64,000 nucleotides of DNA from Tricharina praecox. Taxonomy: Eukaryota. The notes beneath the pieces were generated by a model. That model had not been told where the DNA came from. It saw only the letters and a list, made by a program, of their open reading frames with translations, and did not search any database. Shown piece after piece: positions 51,508 through 62,929 of the stretch. The stretch covers positions 434,001-498,000 of the forward strand of contig NW_026250406.1 of the NCBI RefSeq assembly GCF_024521635.1. The letters are read 5' to 3'. Numbering within the stretch: the first letter of the stretch is position 1; each line of letters begins with the position of its first letter. Both the position numbers and the translations under genes were made by a program.

Positions 51508-52477
51508 ATGGCCGGTAAAGAATCCGCAAGCACTTCGACGATACCCGTTGCCGACGAGAACGGTCTCTCTGGACGCACACGGACCGGCGGTAGCACGGCG
51601 AGGAATTGTATTATACCACCCCGTCCACTACCTGCATAACGCAGCCACTAACCCTCCCGCTCCTCTCCAGACGCAATCGCCGCCGCCGGTGAATTCCTCG
51701 GAACATTCCTCTTCTTCAGCACGGCGTACATCGCGACGCAAGCGGCGAAGAACTCCGCGGCCACCTCCAGCTCCTCCGAGTCCGTCGCACTGCTTCTCTA
51801 CATCTCTCTCGCCTTCGCGCTCTCGCTCACCGCCAACGTGTGGCTATTCTACCGGGTGTCCGGTGGTCTCTTCAATCCGGCGCTCACCCTCGCCTTCGTC
51901 GCGCTCCGGCTCATGACACCGGCCAAAGGCTTACTCCTCGCCGCCTCGCAGCTCCTCGCGGGCATCGCCGCCGCCGGCGTAGCCAAGGCGCTCGTACCCG
52001 ACTACCGCCTGGCGGTGCGCACGACGCTCGGCGCGGGCGTCACCCCCGCGCAGGGCTTCTTCATCGAGCTGTTCCTGACGGCGGAGCTGGCGCTGGCAGT
52101 GTTCATGATCGCGGTGGAGAAGCACCGGGCGACGCACCTGGCGCCGCTGGTGATCGGCGCGGCGCTCGGGGTCGGGCATCTAGTCTCCGCTAGTCTGACC
52201 GGCGCGAGTATGAACCCCGCACGCTCCTTCGGCCCCGCCGTGGTGGATGCGGATTTTAGTGGCGGGCATTGGGTATACTGTGAGTACTATCTGCCGAAGC
52301 GGCAGAAGTTGGTATTGACTGGTGATAGGGATCGCACCGTGTGTGGGCGCTGTTGCAGCAGCGGGAGTGTATAAGTGCCTCCTGGCTGTCGACTACCGCA
52401 CTGCAAACCCCGGACAGGACGCAGACGGCGTCGAGGAGAAGGGGACCGTGTTTATTGACCCCACGGGGTCGGACTGA
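51508..52477 (+). CDS. Orthodox aquaporin (MIP family, AQY-like); join(51508..51607,51671..52279,52329..52477), ~285 aa
   Basis: GEFLGTFLF, SGGLFNPA, IELFLTAEL, EKHRAT.LAP, GASMNPARSFGP, HWVYWIAP, DY.TANPGQD. Two phase-1 introns. Confidence 0.95.
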
Positions 52478-52968
52478 ATGCAACAGCAACAGCAACGGAA
52501 AGACCAACACCGACACTGGCAGCAGCAACAACACTATTGGTGGGCGCTGCGCGGTGGGTGGTGGGGAATGAGAGCGGGGAACCCGGAAAAGGATGTTTTT
52601 CATTTTTGCTTAACCTTTTTGGTTTTGATTTTGGTTTGCTTAACCTTTTTGGTTTCTGGTTTTTGTTTTTGGGTCTCGTGCCCGATTTCTGTGGGATTTG
52701 AGATTTGTTTATTTTGGCTGTTTTTGGCTTTGGTTTTTGGCTGTTTTTGGCTTTGGTTGCGGTCGCTGGTGTTTGTGGCATTTGTTTTTTGTTTTCGTTC
52801 TTGCTTTTTCGCGTCTTCGCTTTTTCTTCTTTTTCCATTTTTTTCTTGTTTCTTTTACTTTTTTACTTTTTTTGTTTATATTGGGCTGTGGTACGATCAC
52901 GATCAGGTGCTGGAGAAGGAGGAGTAGGAGCAGGAGCAGGATGGGCGGGAGGAGCAACATGGGCGGGA

Positions 52969-53120
52969 GGAGCAGGATGGAGCAGGATGGAGCAGGATGG
53001 AGCAGGATGGAGCAGGATGGAGCAGGATGGAGCAGGATGGAGCAGGATGGAGCAGGATGGAGCAGGATGGAGCAGGATGGAGCAGGATGGAGCAGGATGG
53101 AGCAGGATGGAGCAGGAGCA
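52969..53120 (+). repeat. 10-bp tandem repeat (GGAGCAGGAT)n, ~14 copies
   Basis: Directly visible; produces spurious repetitive ORFs in several frames. Confidence 0.95.
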
Positions 53121-56100
53121 GAAGGGGCAGGAGGAGAAGGAGATGGAGGAGCAAAAAAATTCATGGCGGTGGTGTTGCATTTTGCAGTTTTCTCGATTTT
53201 CGATTTCTTTTCTTTTCTTTTCTTTACCTTTCAGGATGGGGTCGGATATACACTGGGCTGGGTTCGGGCTGGGTTGGGGGTGGGTGGGTGGGTTGGGTGA
53301 AGGGGAGCATGCGGTGATTGGCCATCATGGCCTTTGGGCGACGTGTGGAATACATACTCAGATACATACCGGTACTCTACTCACCGATCGTTTCCGTTTC
53401 GTTTCAGTTCGTCTCGTTTTGTTTCGCCGTTTCGCCGTTTGAACTTTGGTGTGTGGTGTTACTTTAGCGAGAGAGAACACGGCAATCCTTGAAATCGAAG
53501 AATCGAAGAATCGAACATACTCTACATATCATGGATAGTATTCGCAGCGTGGACTTGCCTTGTGCAGTACCTAATAGATAGATGAACTCGCATGCTGGCA
53601 CCAGTTCGTCTGCACATCGTGTCGGACCCGGTACCGGACCCGGTACCGCACTCCCGGCTCGCTCGCTAGGCGGCCAGTCACCGGTGGGCAATGTGCATAT
53701 CTGAATATCGTACGGTACAGTACGGTACGGTACGGTACGGCAACGAAGTACTTACATAGGCAGGCAGGTGGCCAGTCAGATAAGAGGAGTATGTATTGTA
53801 CTCCTTTTCCTACGTACGTATGGACCATGGTGCACATTCGCCGCCGCGCTGTTCAAACTCCGACCCACGGTCCGCGACTCCATGGTCCACGGTCCACGGT
53901 CCATGGCTCGTTAAGCCAGCTGCCAGCTGCCAGCGGGAACGGGAGCTTGAACGTGGCATGGACTATGGTGGGATGTCTGCGAGACTGCGACTCTACGTCC
54001 CCCCACGGTCCACCCCCAAAGTACCAAGTTCATAGCTCCAACTGGCGGGAATAAAAATGGACTGATGAGTGATGCCACCGCGATCTCGACTCTTCTCGAG
54101 CGCCGGATCGGGGTAGTAGCTTACACTACACTACACTACAGTATGGCAGCCGCCTCGCTACCTAGAGTCGCCGTTGGAACTTGGAACTGGTGTTGGTGCT
54201 GGAAGTGGCACGCTTTTATTATTGGACGTAATCCCGCGGGAGCCTTGTCGGTTGGAGGGTGGGTGAGGCACTGGGTGGGGGGAAGCGAGAGGTGGAGTGC
54301 AGAGGCTGCCAGGTGCTGCTGGGTGTGGTGATGGCGTTGTCGAAATCCCATCTTTCTAGAGTATCCCGTGCTGTCCAGTCCAGTCGGGGCGCGAACACGT
54401 CAACGGAATTGGATTGGGTTGGATAAGGCTGCGACTCTGCGAGCCTTGTGTCGCCAAAGCAAGGCTCCGCCGCTCCTGCCAGGCTGTGAATGATATGTCA
54501 ACTACCTATTCTTAACATGTACCTATTGTAGCAGTACCAGAAGTGTAGTCACGGCAACCTCCGTCAATTGCGAGCCTCGCCAAACATTCACATTCCACAA
54601 TCGCGACTCGCAAGCCTTGCCCAACCAACATTCACATTCACGTCCACATTCCTCAATCTCGGCCACAAACACAATGCACACACCTGTCGCCGACATATAT
54701 GTGGAAGCTCACTGCTCGCTGCTCGCCTCGCCGGGCGCGAAACGAAAGAAGCATATTTCTCAATTAGCCCACTCGGGTCGCCAGTCGCGACCCGTCTTCT
54801 AGGCTTCCACCTTGCTAGATGCATCGCCGCATCAATAGGATTAGGAGCCTGGAGGCTCCATACGCATGACCGAACGGCTGAAGTTTGAAGTTTGAAGTGC
54901 TCTCGCCCTCTCGCCCTCTCAACCTCTCGCTCGTTCGCCGCTGCATTCTAGCGCTCAGCTATGCAGCAGCGCAGGAGGAATGTGAACATGCCTATGAATG
55001 TAGATGTCGCCAGCCCTACGCGCTCAGTGCGACCCTTCCCGCGCACTCGCGCACTCGCCCGCCCGCTCTGCATCGACTCACCGAATCTCGAGATTGCTGC
55101 CGTCTCGTTCCAAGTTCCAACTTCCTCGCCGGATTCGCAAACTCGCAACTCGCGTATGTAGTTGGCGGGCACAGCCAAAAAAAATAATGCTCTAACTACT
55201 CTAGTCGCTGAGCTGAGCTGAGCTCAGCTCAGCCGTCGCATGAAACGCGAAACGAGGATGCGAGGGCTCCATGGCTGGGGCAAATGCTGAGACTGAGACG
55301 AACCGCGTCTCGCCTTAACGCTCCATTCATCCCATCGCTCCCATCGCTCCCATCGCTGCGAGCCTGCGAGTCTGCGAGAAAGCATATCCTGGCGATAATA
55401 ATATGGGTAGCGCCTACGCTGCTATGTAGAGTACATATGTACGCAGCGGATCAGCACGGGGTGAGGCTCTGGTTGCTCTGGCTTTGCTTGCGCACCAATG
55501 ACCACCGGTCATCATACCGTACACACATACTCTGCATTACAACGACCTGCAAGCTCCACGGTGTACCTAGTCAAGGAACATGCATGGAACCTCCAATCCC
55601 GGAACCTCCACTTCTCCACTTCTCCACTTCTCCACTTCTCCACTTCTCCACTTCTCCACTTCTCCATTTCTCCACACCGAAGTTCGAACCCCAGATACCT
55701 AACCGGAAATAACTAAGTTCCACATAACTGGGGATGACTGGGGGGATCCAACTCTACCGCCGTCTTGCCGCCGGCCACGTGCTCCGACCCGCAGGTTTTC
55801 TTTTAATTCCGTCCCGTATGTACGTGTGGACTGATAGTTATGTCGAGTCCGGATCCGAAGCCAACAAGCGAATATTTGCCGTATATATGTAAACGATAGA
55901 TATCGGCCGCCGCCGCCGCGTCACGGGCTACAGGAAGAGCTCAAGCGGTAAGGCTACAAAGAGGAGTTGACGCCAAGATCGCCGGATGTATCCTAGACTC
56001 TAGTTACTAATAGTACCTAGATGATTGCCTGGATATTCGTCGTATTCGGACAGGCTGGGTGGCTGTCCGAATAACTATGCACGCAACGATCCAGTATATG

Positions 56101-57937
56101 ACTAAGTAACTAGTCCGAACTCCCGAGCACGTGTGCCTTTTTCCTTTCGACGTTCTTCTTGGCGTTGTTTCAGGATGGGGGTGGGCGGGGGCGGGGCGGG
56201 AAACGTGTGGGGGATCGACCGCAAGGAACAGGTACGTAGTTTGCGGGGATATCCCCGCCCAGAAACAGAAACAAAAACAATACACAGCGAAAGGGAAACG
56301 AAGCTAACGCGCAATGGAGTACGTGGACCCCCTTCTTCCCCCCGCGCCCCGTGAAATTAGGTCGATATGACGGCCTGGAACAAGTTCTAGTTGTAGCTGG
56401 TAGGCAGATGGAAAAATACTCTCCGAGATCTTCTACGGTCGTTAGCCGTAGCCAGAGTCTCAGACTCTCAGCATGGTAGCATCTATGGGGTTTGACAGTT
56501 TGACTAGGACCTAGGTATGGAGAAACAGGCTCCGAGATATCGCCGTAGCCATCGTCTCAGCAGCCACAACCAGGAGTTTGACCGAATAACGATCGCTGTG
56601 TGTCCGTCCACCTTCCCGTTCATGATTTTTCCAAGAAAGACCGCGTATTCGTCCCCGTCATACGGGCGAACGTACATACCTGTCGCCCAACCAACCAACT
56701 GCCACCGCCACAGCCGCCGCACGAAAAGACCAAGAGGCCCCGGCCAGTGCAGCCTCAGACGATCTCACGCGATATCACTCGACCAGGACTCGGCAGACGA
56801 GCTGTGGCTCGTGTGGTGCGCGTGATGCCAAATCTTCCTCAGCCGGGCTTCAAGCATATGAGCATATTAAGCGTATGTCCGATGCGTTGTTTGTGGTCTT
56901 GAGTTGCTGATCACCGGGGGGAGGGGCGGGGATGCGCGGTGGGGATTGTCTGTCTGTCTGTCGGTACATAGACCAGTGGGATGGCGTGTTGCTGGGATTC
57001 CCCTGTGCCGACAGGTCGCAGCGGCATGTCTGCCGGCGAACAACGTGTGGAGCCGGGATGGCCCAAGGGGGCTCTCCTTCACAGCCGGAGACAACGGGGA
57101 GGGGGCAGTGGGCACGCTGGGGTAGCGTAGGGTAGGTAATGGTATTGCCGATCGACGCAGGGAGAGGGCGCGGAACGCGCGGACATGGACGGACGGACCG
57201 GTGCTGGGGTGGGTCGGGATATCCTGGTATATATCGGGCAACGGTCCGCACGGGGGTCCCGCTCACCCGCCACATTGCACGTTGAGCTTTTTACCCCGCC
57301 TTTTGTTGCGGTTTGATCTGCGGACGGGGAGGGAGGGTCAGGGTGTCGGGGAGGTGGACCGTGGGCGGCGAGAGGTCTACCGGTATTGCCACCGCTGTGG
57401 CTGGAGAAACTAAACACTGCCGCTTCTCGAAACGGACGGAAACGGACGGGCTGCTGTGCTGATCAGTCCCCAGCCTCCAGGCCCCATGCTCTACTCTATG
57501 CGTCTATGTAGGTATGTACATACCTGGAGCAGATCTGCGTCCCGCCTGGCGATCGAGGAGTCTGTGCGGACCTCGTGCACCTCGAGCACCTTGTGGGCAC
57601 GAGCATACAGGAGTGGATGGCTCACCGGCAGCGGCGGCGGGGCGGTAGCGGCGGTAGGTGCGCGGTCGTCGACGAGTGCTGCCGGCAGATACACCGCCGT
57701 CGAAGCGGGGGCTACCGGTTACCGGTATATGGGCCCTAGCCGGTCGCAGCAGTACTACCGGTATAGTGCGTGTGCTGTTCGCGCAGAAAGGATTTGCGAG
57801 TTTCCGGGTTTGCGCGGATGCATGGTGACAGTGCTGGTGGGGCTGGTGAGACTGGTAGCAGCATGGCTCGTTTCGGCGGAGGTCACAGGTATGCACTCGG
57901 TCGGTGGTGGTTTGCGTGGTTCTCTGTGCGGAGGTAG

Positions 57938-57985
57938 AGGAGGAGGAGGAGGAGGAGGAGGAGGAGGAGGAGGAGGAGGAGGAGG
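57938..57985 (+). repeat. (GGA)n microsatellite
   Basis: Directly visible. Confidence 0.9.
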
Positions 57986-58779
57986 GTGCACTAGGTACAC
58001 TTGCGATGCCTCTGGCTGCACAAACTATCAGTATAGTACTCGCTGCTCGTCGAAAGCCACTTCAAACCTCTGGCCGTGTCGTCCGTTTCCCCTCAAAGAC
58101 GTCACCCTCCACGGCACGTCTTTCCAGAAGTCTCCAACTTGTGCTGCTTCTCCGGAGGATGGATTGTGACCACTGCCATTGCGGGATATTCACACTTACC
58201 GGGTGCCCCGCCGTGCTGTGTTATTCATTTGGTTTCCCGACTACCCGTTCGCAGGCTGTAGGCTGTGGCGAGACATATGATATCCTGCCTGCTGCCTGGG
58301 CAATAACTCCCGATTCATACCCTCCTTCCAGGCAAGGCAGATAATGAGCAGAGCACGCCCCAGGGCCAAGGAAAGAAAACAAGGAATAGGTAACAGAGAA
58401 GTGCAGCAAGACTGGCGGACGATCTTGGTGGCCGCTCATCCGTCGGTCTGTGATTATGTTCCAGCGCCTCCCTCCTAACTACCGGTATCGGTCCCTTGTG
58501 CTCGCCAACTCTCGTACGGTTTGTCCGGTGTGTCGAGATAGGAGATAGTGGCGATACAGCGAGCCGCTGGTAAGATCTTGAAGGGGGAGAGTGGCGTGGC
58601 TGGTGCGGCCACGAATACGTCGTCTGGGTGTGAATGAAGTGACATGCCGCTACGAAACAGATGTGTCATGTAGTTGTCCTGCTGACCGGACCCGCTGACT
58701 CCTCGATCCTTCTGGTGTTCACTCTGTCTGTCTCTCGAAGCTCAGTTCGGAGGTGGGGGGTCCGCTTCCTGCAGGATCA

Positions 58780-59070
58780 CGATGTGGCGGAGGCGGTGGA
58801 GAAGCTGTCGGTGAGAGGAGGAGTTGTCAGTGAATGGAGGAAGCGAAGGGGGACTCCTGTCTGCGGGAGAAAACGAATGTGGTTAGTAGTGGGCATCAAC
58901 GTAACAACCTTGGTGGGGATCACCGTTGGTGGGCATTGGGGTTCATCATCACCATCTTCCTCTTCCACTTTTTCGATAATCCTCTAAATAATAGACTATC
59001 AACCTCTATCTCCTCTTTCTTCTGTGTGTGCTCTCCTCTCGATCCCGCTTCTGGCCTGGAGGGGTGTTAG
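58780..59070 (-). repeat. Dispersed repeat or gene relic, copy B (paralog of 44240-44640)
   Basis: Same branch-point/acceptor core. ORF-track peptides MPTTNHIRFLPQTGV vs MPTTNHIRFLPPTGV. Confidence 0.6.
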
Positions 59071-59331
59071 CAAAAGAGCTGCCTACAAAAACGCCATTAC
59101 TTGAAAAGATTCCGTCACGTCGCTGGTCCACCCACGACCAACAATGACCGCCCTCCCTGTGCCGCAACGATGTACCCCCCCCGTCGCGCTCAAATCGCCT
59201 CCTCGCGGTGAAGCCACGAGTGACATCCTGTGCGTGCTCATACCAATGCGCTAACCACTTCCAGCCTGGAGAATTTAGGCAAATCTCGGCAAAAAGAACT
59301 ACATATGTAATGGACCGAAGTCAACACATAT

Positions 59332-59403
59332 GCCCTGGTGGCCAAGCGGTAAGGCGCGTCACTCGTAATGACGAGATCGCCGGTTCAATTCCGGTCCAGG
59401 GCA
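59332..59403 (+). tRNA. tRNA-Thr(CGT), intronless
   Basis: Identical to 37462..37533; T-run follows. Confidence 0.96.
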
Positions 59404-60023
59404 CTCCTTTTGCCTTTGGCTCTCCTGACTGCTCTAAAGCTTTGCATTTTTGCCAGACAGGTGTGTTCTCGCAGTGCGGCGGTCGTGATGTATTCGGTGA
59501 GAATTTCCTGTTTTTTGTCGTGTTCGGCCCTACTACACAGGACGTCGCATGTGCTATTTTTTGGAGCTTGCTTAGGCCGAAAGTCGTGAAGCTATTGAAT
59601 CGATGCTGCAGCAATAGCAGGTAGCGAAAAGAACTTTTTGGTGAGATATCGAAGTGCATACTGCCGAAGAAAATCAGTCAAGTTCCGCAGTTCATTCGTC
59701 CAACCGAGAGTAAACCTTACCGTGTTGGCACACAGCCTTTCCAGACTGACGTCGCCCGGCAAAGGGAACGGTGAAATGAAGAATGATGGAGAAGTTGAGG
59801 TTCTATTCAACTTCGAAGAGCCATCTTATGGCTCTCATCTGCTGCCACAGAGACTACTCTCTACCGTTCTGGGCCACCCCATTCGCCTCCCTTTGATTTT
59901 ATCTGATCCCACATCTATCCTACACATCGCTCCTCTTATGGTGGTGGCAGACATCAACGACCGACTCGCTGCGGAATTTGAAAATCCTACACGGATGCAG
60001 AAACCGAGCGAGTGACATGATCA

Positions 60024-60095
60024 GCTCTGGTGGCCAAGCGGTAAGGCGCATCACTAGTAATGATGAGATCCGCGGTTCAAATCCGCGTCAGAGCT
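60024..60095 (+). tRNA. tRNA-Thr(AGT), intronless
   Basis: Identical to the minus-strand gene at 36173..36244. Confidence 0.96.
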
Positions 60096-61106
60096 TCTCT
60101 CCAGCACACATCTGGAAACAGATATGTGTGCCGGTTCTTTTTTCTTGGGGAATATCGAGGATGGACGGTAGGCGCTTTGTACTTTTGGCGGTTGATCGAT
60201 CGTGGTCACTGGTGTGGCATTCTACGATTGGCCCCGCGGGCTCTGTAAAGGGCTAGATTGGGAGTCGAACGTTTAACTTTTTCTTGGCATAGTAGGGGCA
60301 GACGAGCAGCGGAGGAGCAGACTCTCGTATCTCTTGTGCTCTTCTTTCTGTACCGAGACTGAAATCAATCAATCAATCAATCGTTTTGAACGCCAATCCA
60401 TCATAATCACACTGCATCGCGTCGGTTCCACGTATGTACAGGACCGAGGACGCTCAGCTCCAACTGTAGGTTCGGATGCCTCGTTGGCGGCCGCCTAAAA
60501 ACACTCCGAAATCGACATCTCCGACTCGATGCGCCTTCAAACTGGGTAAAAGTCACTCGTCACTCGTCGTAACCGTACGAGATGGTTCCAGCTGATCGCA
60601 ATCGCACAGAATGAAACTATTCTACCGGCCGCCGCGTACGACGAGTTAGTACGGGAGAGTTTGTGTCGGTCAGCCTACCACGGAAAGCATGGTTCCCAGG
60701 GGCGAAAGCATCGACAACATGACCGTCAAAGCGACGAAAGCATGAAGTTATCTAGCCGTTAGGAGAGACAAATATACATTTCCCCAAGGGATTCATGTGA
60801 GGGGGATCGAAGTGAAGCTCGCTGCTGGTCTGGTACCGTCTCACTGAACCCAATTTTGGAAGAGAGTGTGTCCGGTGGACTCGAAGGGCCCAGGGCGCGG
60901 CCGCGCGGGTGATCAGGGACTAGGTTTGAGTGACAAAGGAAAGGGACATACCGCGAGCGTTTATCGAGTAGACAGTAGACGCGAACCGACCAGACGAGTA
61001 CAAAAACCCGTCTGGTTCCGCCGTCGGAGAGATCCAGCATCAGCCCCTTGCGGTCTAACCAACACACTCTTTTCCCCACCATTCTCTTTTCCCCACCATC
61101 GCCACT

Positions 61107-61743
61107 ATGCAGATGCTTAAAACCCTCTCCCTCCTCGCCGCCGTCTGTGTCACTGCGGTTTCCGCCGACCCCTATGGCCCCCTCGACGCCATCGACATCA
61201 ACGTCCCCAAGCCCGCTCATCCCCCCGCCGAGGCTGCTAAGCTCAAGCGCGGTGCTCCCCTCGATGTCATCGACACCAACATCCCGCGGCCGGCCCGCCC
61301 CCCGAACAACGGCAAGCGCAACGTCATGACCACCTCCGCTCCGCAGTGTGGGGGTAGCTGCGGAGGATTCGACACCCGCTACATTGGCTGCTACCGGCTC
61401 GAAGAGGTACGCACCTACCCCCTCCCCCGCGTGCATCCCGCAAATATGAATAACAATTATGTAGGAGCCCGTGCTGGTGGAGAGAGAGAGAGGCGAAAAC
61501 TGCGCCGTCGCTTGCTACAGGGCCGGCTTTAACTTTGCCATCGGCGAGCCCGATGAACTGGGCTTGTGTCGCTGCCTCGTGAGTCCCTCCCTTACCCCAC
61601 CCCTTGGTACCGCGTTTTAAATCCAACAGAGCTTTGTCGACGGCGCTACCCGCCTACCCGACTTTGACTGCTCCGGCACCGGCTGCGACACCGGTCACGG
61701 CCGGGGGCCCGTGAGGATCTACGAGACCCTCCGTAGGGAATAG
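61107..61743 (+). CDS. Secreted WSC-like domain protein with two KR-terminated N-terminal peptide repeats; join(61107..61406,61465..61578,61630..61743), ~175 aa
   Basis: Signal peptide; YIGCY...NCAVACYRAGFNFA......CRC.....DCSGTGC..G....VRIY Cys pattern. Two phase-0 introns. Confidence 0.8.
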
Positions 61744-62484
61744 GCGTTGCACACCGCCCCCCAGCCGCGCGCACACCCAGCCGCGTGGGGGGACGGCTGG
61801 AAGCAGCGAACGACGGCGCTAGAGGTGGAAATGCAGGCATGAAGGAGGGGACGAAATGTTGCGATGCATGCCGTGTCTGGCCCCCACAGAGTTCGTCGCT
61901 ATTTGCCTTTTGCTCTTTAATCTTGGGCGCTCGTCGTCTGTGTACCTTGGCCGTGTGCACACACTAGACTACTAAATTCATATTAAACTGTTGCTGTTTG
62001 AGAGGTGAGAGATCCTATGCGCGGGGCCTCCGAAACCGAGCTTCCGAGCCACAAGTCTCAGTCAGGATTGCTACAGTACTACACCGAGCCAGCAAATGCA
62101 CACCGCCTATAACCTAATGAAGACAATTGCGAATAAGATGAAACAACAAACTCTCCGTACATACACGATACATCACTCGGAGTTTGGTGCGAGGTTACTG
62201 TCAAGAAAAGTGGTTTTTTTGAAGTAGTGTACTTACAGTCTGTCAGGCACAGCAGCAATATAGGCATGTGTAGAGGGAGGCGGGTGTGCCCCGAATAGAG
62301 ACTGCTCGCCGCCTCCCGTAAGAACGGATAACGGAAGTATTACGACAGAGAGTGATCTCGCATGACGCGGTATACGGAAGTTTGTGATTTTATGACAGTT
62401 ACGATTCGGATGTGCTGGGGATTCATTCAAGATTCAGACCATTACGCCTGGTTATCGTCTGATTCGTCTGGTGCTATGGCACCC

Positions 62485-62770
62485 TATGGAAACGACAAAG
62501 GACACAAGGTCCATATGGACTCTAGCAGGAGGCCTATGATGCCGAATGCGCAGCTATCGACTGAGCACTGGAAGCTGCCGGTAATAGGCGTCACACCCCC
62601 AGTAGAGTCATCATCTAAGGGGACGAGCAAGCGGCTGTTAAGAGGATGACACACGATGTCCTTGGCCCCGGCCAGAAATACGCCATCCAGGCACGGAAAC
62701 ACATTGCCACCCTCCGCCGAAGAGAGCCCAAGATTACCATTGAGGTTAGATGGTGTTCTGCACATAAACT
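62485..62770 (+). mobile_element. Degenerate RNase H fragment of a Tad1-like LINE
   Basis: GHKVHMGL*QEAYDAECAAID*ALEAA..RVII*GDEQAAVKRM..GPGQKYAIQARKHIATLRRREPKITIEVRWCSAHK, with in-frame stops. Confidence 0.82.
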
Positions 62771-62929
62771 TATACAGGCGTCGTTGGGAAGGAGAAGGCA
62801 GACGAATGGGCGGCACCACCACCACCCCGCCAACTTGGGGACTGATATAAAAGAACAAACGCAGAACTCAAGGAATTATTTTCAAGAAACGCCGACTTCG
62901 GGCCCCGCAAATGAAGATTATCACTAAGC

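Noticed and set aside
52452..53442. Long repetitive ORFs (MEQDGAGWSR / HPAPSCSILL repeats)
   Set aside because: Artefacts of the 10-bp tandem repeat and T-rich tract downstream of the aquaporin.
24700..60100. Starship or other giant transposon spanning the accessory or tRNA-flanked segments
   Set aside because: No tyrosine-recombinase (DUF3435 captain) gene or other intact mobility gene recognisable in the window.
61480..61492. Apparent (GA)n frameshift in the WSC gene
   Set aside because: Recounting shows exon 2 stays in frame after splicing (EPVLVERERGENC).
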